Of a stretch of 42,392 nt of DNA, positions 32,934 to 42,392 are shown piece by piece. Position numbers and translations under genes: made by a program. Numbering within the stretch: position 1 is the first letter of the stretch; every line of letters begins with the position of its first letter. The notes under the pieces are model-generated. The model searched no databases and was not told the origin of the DNA. It was given only the letters and a program-made list of their open reading frames with translations. This DNA is from Acidilobaceae archaeon UBA158 (GTDB lineage Archaea; Thermoproteota; Thermoprotei_A; Sulfolobales; Acidilobaceae), in the NCBI GenBank assembly GCA_002506595.1, contig DAXV01000006.1, positions 17,600 to 59,991 of the forward strand. Reading direction: 5' to 3'.

Positions 32934-34067
32934 GTGGTTAATTTGGTAAAAGCAATTGGTATAGATTCTGGAACTATGAGCATGGATTTATTGGGATTTG
33001 ATGATAAAGATAATAGCTTATTTTTAGATGAAGCAATTCCTAGAGAAATCATAACAAACAATCCAGAAAAACCGATTGAAATTATTAAATCTTTGGGAAA
33101 AGTAGATGCAATAGTTGTATCTAGTGGTTACGGTATTCCATTTAAGAGAGCTCAAGAAGCATCAGATAAGGAAATAGAATTTGCAACGTTTATTAACAAA
33201 GATGATTTTGAAAGAAAGTTAAAGATTGTAGGCCTGAGAAATCTTATGAAATTATTTAAATCATCTGATTTACCTGCTTATTTTGTTCCAGGCATAATTC
33301 AATTAAGCACTGTTCCCGAATATAGAAAAATAAATAGAATAGATATAGGAACATCTGATAAATTATTTAGTGCTGTAGAAGCATTAAGAAATGAAAAAGT
33401 ATATTATAAAAAAGATCCTAAGGAAGCGAATATAATTGTTGTAGAAATAGGCTATGCATATACAGCCTCTATCTCGATTTTAAATGGTGAAATTGTTGAT
33501 GGAATTGGTGGAACAAGCGGTTTTCCAGGATATAAAGGTATGGGTGCAATAGATGGAGAAATAGCTTATGCGATGGCTAGTGCAGAGCCCTACTTTAGCA
33601 AACTTAGACTTTTTCAAGGTGGAATTGCTGATTACATTGGATTTGATAACATAGAAAGATTAAATAAAATTGCTAAAAATAATAAAGATAACAAGGCATT
33701 AAAATTGTTTGTTGAATCAATATTAAAAGATATTAGCATAATGTTAGTTTCAAATACAAAGCCTGAAAGAATTTACTTAAGTGGAAGATTTATCAGATAT
33801 GATAACTTATATACATATATTAAAGAATCAATAGAGGAATTTTTGGAAAAAATTTCTATAAAGGCTTCCGTTGTCAAACTTATAGGATTAGGCAAAAAAG
33901 CTAAAGAAGCTGCATCAGGAGCTGCTGTTTTAGCTAATGGCATTTCCAATGGAATTTATAAAGATATATTTGAATCACTTAAAATAGCAGAATCGAAAGG
34001 AAACATATTTGATTTTGTGTTACCATTAGATCTCAAAAAAGAGATCGAAAATTATTTTTCTAAATAA
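32934..34067 (+). CDS. DUF1464 family ASKHA-fold putative kinase
   Basis: IGIDSGT, SGYGIP, PGIIQLSTVPEYRKINRIDIGTSDKL, GEIVDGIGGT, GAIDGEIAY and KEAASGAA. Confidence 0.88.
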   Translation: MVNLVKAIGIDSGTMSMDLLGFDDKDNSLFLDEAIPREIITNNPEKPIEIIKSLGKVDAIVVSSGYGIPFKRAQEASDKEIEFATFINKDDFERKLKIVGLRNLMKLFKSSDLPAYFVPGIIQLSTVPEYRKINRIDIGTSDKLFSAVEALRNEKVYYKKDPKEANIIVVEIGYAYTASISILNGEIVDGIGGTSGFPGYKGMGAIDGEIAYAMASAEPYFSKLRLFQGGIADYIGFDNIERLNKIAKNNKDNKALKLFVESILKDISIMLVSNTKPERIYLSGRFIRYDNLYTYIKESIEEFLEKISIKASVVKLIGLGKKAKEAASGAAVLANGISNGIYKDIFESLKIAESKGNIFDFVLPLDLKKEIENYFSK

Positions 34068-34073
34068 TCTAAA

Positions 34074-34247
34074 TCATTGTGCTTTGAACTTTGCTAGCTC
34101 TTTCTTCTTAGGTCTTAAATCTGTTCCCCTGCATCTTCTACATTTCTTAGCATTTAATGGATTTTTAGCTCCACATCTTCTGCATATACTAACCTCAAAT
34201 ACTCTTTTTTCAACAATTCTTATTAATTCTGGATCAGTTATTGGCAT
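34074..34247 (-). CDS. rpl40e: 50S ribosomal protein L40e
   Basis: Below the ORF-track cutoff. Manual translation gives [57 protein letters not shown] (57 aa, C4 zinc finger), with a GGAGGT SD. Confidence 0.96.
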   Translation of the reverse strand: MPITDPELIRIVEKRVFEVSICRRCGAKNPLNAKKCRRCRGTDLRPKKKELAKFKAQ

Positions 34248-34376
34248 TTTTACCTCCCCCTAAACTGTTATAAAATAGAGGATTTAAATAAATATTTTTT
34301 AAATTTTACTTTATTTTAAATAATATATATAAAAGTTTAAATGTTACTAAATAGAAATAGTTTCTAGGTGAAAAAT

Positions 34377-34997
34377 ATGTCTGCGTCTGCAGGAAAACTA
34401 AGCATAGGTGAAGAGGTTTATTTGAGAGGATTAACGGGTAGGCTTGTTGGAATATATCTTTTTAAGGGATTTAATAAAGTAGCAATATTAACTTATCCTG
34501 ACAGAATTTGCGAATCTATTTCATCTGCAGCTGCAGTCTCTTATCTGGACAGCTATGGATATGCTGAAAATAAGATTAAGGTATTTGATTATAGCGAAAA
34601 TATAGATACTGTTATAAAGAATATTGTTAATTGGAATCCTGAGGCAATATATTTAGCATTTGGTGGAGAACAAAAAATGGCAAATGTAAATGACATGACA
34701 ATAAAAGTTCTAGATTCACTAAGAAAGAACGGATTTAAAGGAAATATCTTAATACACGTTAGAGTATGGCTTGCTACAAAGCAATTCTCAACAATAGTAT
34801 CTAACAATGAGTTAAGAGAATATTTAATGTCGATTCAAGGATTAAGGTTATTCACAGCTGATGCTAATTCTAAAAAGTTTATGTTCCATTATATATTAAT
34901 ATCAAAAGATGGAAAGGTTACATTAAACAAATATGCAGAGACTGATATAACTCAAGAGCATTCAGATTTGCTAAAGCTATCATTACCACCTTCTTAA
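34377..34997 (+). CDS. Hypothetical soluble alpha/beta protein
   Basis: Clean ORF with a GGTGA SD before ATG 34377 and a T-rich terminator-like tract after it. Family not recognised. Confidence 0.75.
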   Translation: MSASAGKLSIGEEVYLRGLTGRLVGIYLFKGFNKVAILTYPDRICESISSAAAVSYLDSYGYAENKIKVFDYSENIDTVIKNIVNWNPEAIYLAFGGEQKMANVNDMTIKVLDSLRKNGFKGNILIHVRVWLATKQFSTIVSNNELREYLMSIQGLRLFTADANSKKFMFHYILISKDGKVTLNKYAETDITQEHSDLLKLSLPPS

Positions 34998-35091
34998 TTT
35001 TATAAATATTTTTTAATTAATATTTTATCAGTATAACACTCAAAACTTAAAAATTTAGTCTGCAGATATATATATTGAGATGAGTTAACTA

Positions 35092-36036
35092 TTGGACAAC
35101 GAAATAGTAACGATAAACCTAAGTAGAGAATTTAAAAATAATAAAAAGGTAATTAAGGCTTTAAATAATATTAATATAGAAATACCTAAAAGCGTTACTG
35201 CAGCATTAGTGGGCCCAAATGGTGCAGGAAAAACTACATTAATAAAAATCCTCTCTACTTTAATGTTACCCACTTCAGGAACTGCATATGTTCATGGCTT
35301 TGATATAATTAAGGAGGCAAATAATGTAAGATCTTCAATAGGCTTAGCCACTGGAGGAGAAAGAACTTTTTATTTTAGGTTAACAGGTTATGAAAATTTA
35401 GTATTTTTTGCATCTCTTTATGGATTGTCTTTGAAAGAAGCTAAATCTAGAAGCAAAGAGTTGTTAGATATTGTAGGTCTTTCAGATTTTGCTGATTACC
35501 CATACATGAAATACAGCCTAGGAATGCAAAGAAGGCTTGCTTTGGCAAGAGCTCTTATAAACGATCCCCCTATTTTATTGCTAGATGAGCCTACATTAGG
35601 AATCGATCCAATTTCGGCTAGAGAGTTTAGAAGACTTATTAAAATGATATCATCAAAGAAAACAATTTTATTAACAAGCCATTATATGGGAGAGATCGAA
35701 GAGCTTTCAGACATAATATTTCTTATAAAGGATGGAAGAATTATTCTTAAAGGGACTTCGCAAGAACTTAAAGATAGAATAGGAAAAATTGTTGAGGCTA
35801 TTATTCCAGTAACGCAAATCTCAGATAAAATATCAAAATTCGTTGTAGGAATAAGAGGTAATAGAGCTTATTTAAGATTACCAAAAACATTAATTGACCA
35901 GATAGATGGAAATTCAGAAATTATTGGAGAAACCGATCCAACATTGGAAGACGTTTATGCTGCAATTATTGGAAGTGGCCCAATAGATAAAGGTAGCAGA
36001 GTTAAACCTGTGAGGTTTGGAAGATGGCAAGCTTAA
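35092..36036 (+). CDS. ABC exporter ATP-binding protein (DrrA/NodI type)
   Basis: Walker A GPNGAGKTT, signature YSLGMQRR, Walker B LLLDEP, H-loop TSH and C-terminal PTLEDVY. Confidence 0.95.
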   Translation: MDNEIVTINLSREFKNNKKVIKALNNINIEIPKSVTAALVGPNGAGKTTLIKILSTLMLPTSGTAYVHGFDIIKEANNVRSSIGLATGGERTFYFRLTGYENLVFFASLYGLSLKEAKSRSKELLDIVGLSDFADYPYMKYSLGMQRRLALARALINDPPILLLDEPTLGIDPISAREFRRLIKMISSKKTILLTSHYMGEIEELSDIIFLIKDGRIILKGTSQELKDRIGKIVEAIIPVTQISDKISKFVVGIRGNRAYLRLPKTLIDQIDGNSEIIGETDPTLEDVYAAIIGSGPIDKGSRVKPVRFGRWQA

Positions 36037-36842
36037 GTTCAATTTATTCTAAACTTTATTCATTTGTATATCTAAGGGGATTTAAAATATGGATAAGTTA
36101 TAAAACACAGGTTATTTTAAATGTACTAAGCTGGGTTATACCAGTTTTTACATATTATTTTGTTGGAACATCTTTAGGCCAAAAATTTGTATCTTATATA
36201 AATACACAAAATTATACAGCTTTTATTGTTATTGGACTAGCATTTCAAGGATATGTATCATCAGTAATAACAACAATCAGCGGTAGAATGAGAAATGAAC
36301 AATTATTTGGTACATTAGAATATTATATGCTTTCTCCAACAGGAGTCTTTGGAATGCTATTTTATTCTGCAGCATGGGGTTTCGTTTTAAATACTATAAA
36401 TGCTGTTGTAATCATCTTAGTAGGTTTTGGATTAGGGGTATCTTTTATCAATGCTAATATTGTAGGTGCTTTAATCATTATTATAGAATTACTTATTTCA
36501 ACGTTAGGACTATCAATGATAGCAGGAGGTATTGTTATGATTACTAAACAAGGTAATCCTATATCATTTTTCTTCTCTACAATAACAACACTTCTTTCCG
36601 GAACTGTTTTTCCAATTAGTATTTTACCACAATATATTAAGGATTTAAGCTACGCAATACCTTTAACATTTGCTCTTAATGGCTTAAGGGCGGCTTTACT
36701 GAGTGCTGCTACGCTATCTCAGCTAGTTCATTACTTCATAATACTTTTAATATTTGATGTTATCTTACTTCCTCTAGGTGCTTTTATTTATAAGATAGGA
36801 TTTGATATAGCAAGAAAACAAGGCACTTTGAGTGAATATTAA
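36024..36842 (+). CDS. ABC-2 type permease
   Basis: About six TM segments, EQLFGTLEY, LSGTVFPISILP and PLTFALNGLR. Overlaps the ATPase gene. Confidence 0.93.
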   Translation: MASLSSIYSKLYSFVYLRGFKIWISYKTQVILNVLSWVIPVFTYYFVGTSLGQKFVSYINTQNYTAFIVIGLAFQGYVSSVITTISGRMRNEQLFGTLEYYMLSPTGVFGMLFYSAAWGFVLNTINAVVIILVGFGLGVSFINANIVGALIIIIELLISTLGLSMIAGGIVMITKQGNPISFFFSTITTLLSGTVFPISILPQYIKDLSYAIPLTFALNGLRAALLSAATLSQLVHYFIILLIFDVILLPLGAFIYKIGFDIARKQGTLSEY

Positions 36843-36847
36843 GAATC

Positions 36848-38086
36848 TTAAATAAACATAACTAATATTAAAACTCCAACTAATATTAAGGTTAATATTA
36901 AGGTTAAACTTCTTACATATTTATCTTTAGATAGAAATATTAAGAACCCCTTTTCAATTATTCCTGCCATTATTGACAATTGAATTAAATATGCAGCATA
37001 TTTAGCATTGATTTGTCCATGAATATAAAGTAATGCAATTGAAAATACAACTCCAGCGACATTTGCAAATGACGAAGCAAATAATGCTAAAGGTAATAAA
37101 TAAGATACTAATATTGAGACTAATTTGGAAATAACCATTACTATAAAGAAGACAACTGCGAATTCTATTACTTTGCCTATTGGCAAAGGAGTTTCTGGCG
37201 GTGCTATACCAGATACAGAAATATGCTTATAACCAATTGCTCCTATAATAATCAATGTTAAAGTTAATGATATAATCGATGGTGCTATATAATAAATTAA
37301 CTTTGAAGAATATGTTGAAAAATACGAAAAAGCTAATCCCTGAACTAAAACTAATGGCACGTTCGATAATACTATATTATAGGCTATAGTCTTTCCAATA
37401 TTTCTTTCTTTATTACTTAATTCTAATAAACTTAATGTAACAGTTGTGCTTGAAACAAGGCCACCAATGATGGAAAACGCTATTAATCCCTTTTTGTATA
37501 TTTTTAACACAATATATTGCGCGATAAATATAATCCCAATTATAACGACTATAAGCCAAAACTCGAATGGATTAAAAATTCCATACGGACCAATATTTTT
37601 ATCAGGCAAAAGAGGTAAGATAATCAAAGAAAATATCATTAAGTTCAGTATAGCCAAAAGTTCTTCCTTTCTAATCTTTGATATTGCATCCAATAATTGT
37701 GTTTTATAAATTCCTAATGCTGCAACTAATACAGATATAATTACACCCAATTCATAATAACCCAATCCTTCTAGCATACCTGAAAAGAAAACTAAGAATA
37801 TACTTACATAAGTCGTACCTCCAGGAGAACCTGTTACTCGAACTTTTTCTAAATATATAGATGTTGAAATAGTAGTAATTGTTATAATTGCACTCAACAA
37901 TGCAATGTAGTTTGGAAATAATAATGTAAAGATTGAAAACATATATCCTAATAATGAAATAAATATTGCAGTTCTTAATCCTAAGAAAAGTTTTGCACCT
38001 GAAATTTTTCTGTATTCATTTACAAATCCCACTATACCTCCTACAGCTATTGCCATTAGTAGATTTGTTATGTTTATATTTATCAT
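36848..38086 (-). CDS. MgtC/SapB plus DUF4010 membrane protein
   Basis: N-terminal GGIVG..E...GLRT, ILPLLPD...GPYGIFNP..FWLIVV and GGLVSSTTVT, with many TM segments. Confidence 0.85.
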   Translation of the reverse strand: MININITNLLMAIAVGGIVGFVNEYRKISGAKLFLGLRTAIFISLLGYMFSIFTLLFPNYIALLSAIITITTISTSIYLEKVRVTGSPGGTTYVSIFLVFFSGMLEGLGYYELGVIISVLVAALGIYKTQLLDAISKIRKEELLAILNLMIFSLIILPLLPDKNIGPYGIFNPFEFWLIVVIIGIIFIAQYIVLKIYKKGLIAFSIIGGLVSSTTVTLSLLELSNKERNIGKTIAYNIVLSNVPLVLVQGLAFSYFSTYSSKLIYYIAPSIISLTLTLIIIGAIGYKHISVSGIAPPETPLPIGKVIEFAVVFFIVMVISKLVSILVSYLLPLALFASSFANVAGVVFSIALLYIHGQINAKYAAYLIQLSIMAGIIEKGFLIFLSKDKYVRSLTLILTLILVGVLILVMFI

Positions 38087-38208
38087 GTTTTCAGCCTTTC
38101 CATTCCTTCCGTTATTTGATATACTGTTAACTTTTTAAGCATTTTTTTAATTTTTTAAACAGTTAAAAACTATACCTTAATAAATCCAAAATATAGAAGA
38201 AAATATGA

Positions 38209-38282
38209 GGGCCCGTAGCTCAGCCTGGTGGAGCGCTCGGCTGATAACCGAGAAGTCGGGGGTTCGAATCCCCCCGGGCCCA
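38209..38282 (+). tRNA. tRNA-Ile(GAT)
   Basis: GGGCCCG TA GCTCAGCCTGGTGGAGC G CTCGG CTGATAA CCGAG AAGTC GGGGG TTCGAAT CCCCC CGGGCCC A. No intron, CCA not encoded. Confidence 0.97.
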
Positions 38283-38335
38283 TTTCTGATAAATAATATT
38301 AACCTTGTTTTCTAATTATTTTAGTGATGACATAA

Positions 38336-39478
38336 ATGACATCAAGTTACGCGGATCTCCCACTACATAATGGCCATGTTCCCTACTGGATGCTAAAATA
38401 TATGAGGGAACTTACTGAAGTTATTACAAAATTTATAATAGAAGAAAGGGGTGTTAACAATTTTATAAAGGCATTATCTGACCCATTATGGTTTCAGGCT
38501 TTTAATAACGTTATTGGCATGGATTGGGATAGCAGCGGTAGTACTACTGTTTTGTTATCCTTGCTCAAAGAAGTCTCTATGAAAAAAGATTTAGGTTTTT
38601 TAGTTTTCGGGGGAAAAGGAAAGCACATGCTAAATATTAAGGATGAATTAAGCATTTTTTCAAAGAAATATGATTTAGATATTGACAATATAATAAAGTT
38701 TAGCAAAATTGCAGCAAAAGCTGATTCATCATTTTTGCTTGATGGCTATGATATTTATATTCATACAATAATTGTTCCTATAACAAGAGGTAATTTATTA
38801 GTTATACAACAGGGTATGAATACTAATAATTTAATGGCAAGAAGATACCATGTCGATAAGGCTGCATTAGAGAATCCTAATAATGGAATAACTGGAATTA
38901 AAGAAGAAAATGTAATTGATATGACATCAAAAATGAGCAGAGAAGCAAGAAAGCTATTCATTGATCTTTTATCGGAAGGAAAAGAAAAGTTTAGGAATAA
39001 TTTAGTTCAAGCAAACAATATTCTTGGGAAGAAATCCCTCGATTATTTTATATACGGTCAAGAAAATAGAAATGATATAAAGAAATATTACTATCCAATA
39101 ATACCATCAAAGAAATTGCTAAAAGCAGTTGATGATATAGCAAAAAAACCACCATCTAATGAAATTGAACTAGCATTAACCCCTAATGTTGGACCAAAAT
39201 TGGTTAGAGCCTTAGCATTAATATCTGATGTTATATATTCTGTTCCTGTCTCTCATAAAGATCCAGTAAATTTATCGTTAGACCCATTTAGTTATTCTTA
39301 TGCTATAGGTGGAAAGGATGGAATACCATATCCTTTTGATGCAAAAACAGCTAAAGATGCAATAGAATTTTTAAGAAATGCCTTAGAAGAAGCTGGTATA
39401 AATGAAAAAGTAAGAAGGTTAGCTCTTCAAAGACTTAACATTTTTGTAAAAAGAATAAAATTTAATGAGAACCTTTAA
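38336..39478 (+). CDS. DUF763 family protein
   Basis: ADLPLHNGHVP.W, DPLWFQAF..VIGMDWDSSGSTT, GGKG, QQGMN...ARRYH, VGPKLVRALAL and GGKDGIPYP. Confidence 0.92.
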   Translation: MTSSYADLPLHNGHVPYWMLKYMRELTEVITKFIIEERGVNNFIKALSDPLWFQAFNNVIGMDWDSSGSTTVLLSLLKEVSMKKDLGFLVFGGKGKHMLNIKDELSIFSKKYDLDIDNIIKFSKIAAKADSSFLLDGYDIYIHTIIVPITRGNLLVIQQGMNTNNLMARRYHVDKAALENPNNGITGIKEENVIDMTSKMSREARKLFIDLLSEGKEKFRNNLVQANNILGKKSLDYFIYGQENRNDIKKYYYPIIPSKKLLKAVDDIAKKPPSNEIELALTPNVGPKLVRALALISDVIYSVPVSHKDPVNLSLDPFSYSYAIGGKDGIPYPFDAKTAKDAIEFLRNALEEAGINEKVRRLALQRLNIFVKRIKFNENL

Positions 39479-39509
39479 CCTTTTTTATCTTAATTTTTAC
39501 TATAATTAA

Positions 39510-40121
39510 TTGGGAAATCAAATGGTAACTAAGATAATTCATATAAGTGATATTCATTGCAATAACTATATGTTAGAAAAAATTAAGAAACTTAACTATG
39601 ATATATTGATTTCTTCTGGAGATTTTGAATGCCTAGAAACAGCAGAAATATTTTCAGAATTCAAAAATTCATTTGCTGTCTCAGGTAATTTAGATGATAT
39701 ATCTATAATGAAACATTTATCGAAAAAAGGAATTCTATTAGATGGAAAAATTAAAACATTTAATGAATTAACTTTTATAGGTATAGGAGGTATTGATCCT
39801 ATAAATAATATATCTGTTATAAAAAATTTTTCTTTTACTAAGTATAAATATATTATATTAGTATCTCATAATCCACCGTATGGTATTTTAGATAAAACAT
39901 TCTTTAATGTTAGGGCAGGATTAAAAGAAATAAATTCAGTATTAAATTATATTAAACCAATAATGCATCTTTTTGGCCATATACACGAAAGTAGCGGAAT
40001 AGAAAACATAAATAACACAATTTATATAAATCCTGGGCCATTAAGTAATGGCAATTATGCTGAAATAATTTTAGGCGATAAAATAAAAGCTGAAATCAAG
40101 AACTTGAACGAAGGAAATTAA
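39510..40121 (+). CDS. Calcineurin-like metallophosphoesterase
   Basis: SDIH, SGDF, GNLD, SHNPP, GHIHE and NPG motifs. Start may be ATG 39522. Confidence 0.92.
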   Translation: MGNQMVTKIIHISDIHCNNYMLEKIKKLNYDILISSGDFECLETAEIFSEFKNSFAVSGNLDDISIMKHLSKKGILLDGKIKTFNELTFIGIGGIDPINNISVIKNFSFTKYKYIILVSHNPPYGILDKTFFNVRAGLKEINSVLNYIKPIMHLFGHIHESSGIENINNTIYINPGPLSNGNYAEIILGDKIKAEIKNLNEGN

Positions 40122-41949
40122 TTATCTCTGGCATTGTATCATTAAATTCATCAATACTTTTGGTCACTTTATTATATTTTAGCCTTAAAAGCTTTTTTAT
40201 TTCACCATATAAATATCTGTAATCCATTAAAAAATAAATACCCTTATCATCAGGAGATCTTATTGCTCTACCAAGAGCTTGCTTTATTCTTATATATGCA
40301 GCTATTTTATATAAGTAATATTTCGTCTTAGTTATGCCTAGCCTCTTAGATAGAACCTCTTCTTGAGCAATTAAATAGGCATCCCTTTGAGGGTAAGGAA
40401 TACCTATAATTGCTACTATCTTTATCTTGCTTTTTCCTCCTTCAGTAATTTCTATTCCTTCAGTAATTTTACCCCCGGCAACAGAATTAATTATTATATT
40501 ACTATCTTTTGAAACTTCGTTTAAGACACTTTCTAAAGAAGTATCCTTACTTTCTTCAATGTGATGAATTTGATCATTTAGTCCCTTAACTATCCTTTCC
40601 ATAAGATCATAACTCGGATAAACAAATAACTTAACTCCATCAAGTTTGCTTATTTGATTTAAATAATATGAGATTCTCTTATACATTACTTCTCCTCTTG
40701 TTTTGTATAGAGTTGAAACATCACCTAATACAATAGTCATGCTTTTACCTATTCTACCTTTAATTCCGAGCATTATTTCAGCATCATAAAAAGTTCTGTT
40801 TTTATTTATGTTAAGCATTTCATTTACAAAGTCTCCAGGAGGTATTGTTCCACTAATTAAAATTGCAGACCTAACTTTCTGTAAAGGATTGCTAACAACT
40901 GTAGAGGGATCTAAAGGTGTTGATATCAATTTATAAATTCCATCATTCGTAGAAACAAATAAATATGAGTTATCATTTTTTAAGCTCGATAACCATGATA
41001 ATAAGTGAGTTAAATAAACTCTTATAGCGTTATTTCCATTAAAGTACCTTTGAAATTTCTTTTCTCTTATATCTTCACTAACGTCAGCAATTATATCTAA
41101 ATAATCCAAGGAATCTTTGAATTTATTCTTATCAACCTTTCTGACGATTTCATCAGATTTAGGCTTTAATTCCTTTGCTATTTCATATATATTTAAAATA
41201 ACTTTTTCTATTTCAGTATTTGAATATCCATACTCCTTCAATTCATTTACTGACTGCTCTAAATCTCTTAGTGTTATTGTTGTTTCTAAAATGCTATGAG
41301 CATTCATAAGACTATGTGCTTCATCAACTACGACGACAAGTTTATTTAAATCTAAAAAATCTAAAACCCTTTCAAATATTTCATCTTTGAAATAATAAGG
41401 ATATGTAGCAATAATAAACCTTGTATCTTTTGATAGCTCAGCCAATGAAAAGAAAGGGCACGAATTTATCTTATTTACTATTGCATAGGCTTGTTCTAAA
41501 CTACTAAATGAAGCTATCCTGTCAATGACATCCCATATATCCTTATTACTTAACTCTATACTTTTTACATAATAATTACATGACCCCTTAATCCTGGCCA
41601 TTCTACAATTTTCCCAAAAATCTTCTGAAGAAATTGCGTTATCACTCTGATTTCTAAAAAGAGGACAAGTCCTTTTCGCACTGAATAGAAAGGAATAATC
41701 TAAATTAAACCTCTTAAGTTCTCTAATAACAGGATCTATTTCATTTACTGTTCTAACAATCCATAAAATTTTTTCTGCATTACTTTCAACTATACCTTTT
41801 ATTACAGCTGCAGTTTTACCAAATCCTGTAGGAGCATTTATAATAGCTATGCTATTCTTTTCTATTACATCTTTTACTATTTCCGCTATCTCCATTTGAC
41901 CAGGTCTTAGTTCATTATATGGAAATTTTTTATTCTCCGATGAAGACAA
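40096..41949 (-). CDS. xpd: XPD/Rad3-family Fe-S DNA helicase
   Basis: Q-motif LRPGQ, APTGFGKT, four Cys (RTC, ENC, GSC, SCPF), DEAH, ISGT, GKITEGI and QALGRAIRSPDDKG. Confidence 0.92.
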   Translation of the reverse strand: MSSSENKKFPYNELRPGQMEIAEIVKDVIEKNSIAIINAPTGFGKTAAVIKGIVESNAEKILWIVRTVNEIDPVIRELKRFNLDYSFLFSAKRTCPLFRNQSDNAISSEDFWENCRMARIKGSCNYYVKSIELSNKDIWDVIDRIASFSSLEQAYAIVNKINSCPFFSLAELSKDTRFIIATYPYYFKDEIFERVLDFLDLNKLVVVVDEAHSLMNAHSILETTITLRDLEQSVNELKEYGYSNTEIEKVILNIYEIAKELKPKSDEIVRKVDKNKFKDSLDYLDIIADVSEDIREKKFQRYFNGNNAIRVYLTHLLSWLSSLKNDNSYLFVSTNDGIYKLISTPLDPSTVVSNPLQKVRSAILISGTIPPGDFVNEMLNINKNRTFYDAEIMLGIKGRIGKSMTIVLGDVSTLYKTRGEVMYKRISYYLNQISKLDGVKLFVYPSYDLMERIVKGLNDQIHHIEESKDTSLESVLNEVSKDSNIIINSVAGGKITEGIEITEGGKSKIKIVAIIGIPYPQRDAYLIAQEEVLSKRLGITKTKYYLYKIAAYIRIKQALGRAIRSPDDKGIYFLMDYRYLYGEIKKLLRLKYNKVTKSIDEFNDTMPEIINFLRSSS

Positions 41950-42340
41950 TTTTTATCATCCTTTTTCTAGGCCCATCAAGTTCAATAAATAAAATTCTCT
42001 GCCAAGTACCTAAAACTATTTTTCCAGATTCTATTAATAATGATCTAGAATTTCCTATAAGACTTGATGCCAAATGTGCATGAGCGTTATTATCTATTAA
42101 ATTATGCTTCCAATTTCCATCTGGCTTAAATATTTCCTTTATGATTCTCTTTAAATCTTCTTCCAAATTAGGCTCATATTCATTTAATGTAATTGCTGCT
42201 GTTGTATGCAAAACATATAAATTCAAAATTCCATTTTTATAACCATTTTGGTTAACAATATTTTCTACTTTATCTGTAATATCTAATATCTCTATTCTTT
42301 CATTAGTATTAATTTCTAAACTTGAAACTTCAAATTTCAA
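41930..42340 (-). CDS. yjbQ: YjbQ/UPF0047 family protein
   Basis: HTTAAITLNE, NAHAHL and LGTWQRILFIELDGPR. Confidence 0.94.
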   Translation of the reverse strand: MKFEVSSLEINTNERIEILDITDKVENIVNQNGYKNGILNLYVLHTTAAITLNEYEPNLEEDLKRIIKEIFKPDGNWKHNLIDNNAHAHLASSLIGNSRSLLIESGKIVLGTWQRILFIELDGPRKRMIKIVFIGE

Positions 42341-42392
42341 ATTCTCCCCTATAATTTAATTAAGGAGAGATATTTTATTTTTAGCTCATTTA

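Noticed and set aside
35092-36842. ABC exporter as part of a bacteriocin/RiPP cluster
   Set aside because: No precursor peptide or modifying enzyme is adjacent, so it looks like an ordinary ABC-2 pair.
36881-36906. Tandem 12-nt repeat taatattaaggt
   Set aside because: It only encodes LTLI-LTLI in a low-complexity TM helix of the MgtC-like protein.
38324-38400. GTGATGA box C-like motif after tRNA-Ile
   Set aside because: No CTGA box D at the expected distance. It is better explained as the SD/leader of DUF763.

Overview
Very AT-rich chromosomal segment from a crenarchaeon (Thermoprotei). The unsplit rpoB, split rpoA1/rpoA2, rps26e, a tRNA intron at 45/46 and the low GC are consistent with an Acidilobales/Desulfurococcales member such as Caldisphaera, but that assignment is inference. 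Most of the window is core genome: carA-carB, the rpoH-B-A1-A2-rpl30e-nusA-rps12 / rps7 / tuf-rps10-tRNA-Ser cluster, rio2, archaeal SAM synthetase, rplX-pfdA-ftsY, rps26e, rpl40e (missed by the ORF track), an XPD-type helicase and three tRNAs (Ser-GGA, intron-containing Lys-TTT, Ile-GAT). The best candidate for an under-described system is a ~5 kb sulfur-handling islet at 16.3-21.4 kb: dsrE-tusA-SQR1-DUF1641 followed by SQR2-DUF1641, with a stand-alone winged-helix (AAA-associated) gene and a cysteine-free ArsR-type regulator. Other neighbourhoods worth testing are rio2-DUF460, three tandem CBS-only genes divergent from mat, RFAP synthase-translin-hypothetical-DUF1464, and DUF763-phosphoesterase-XPD. 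No CRISPR array, rRNA, integrase or transposase was seen. All family calls come from motif recognition by eye, not from database searches.
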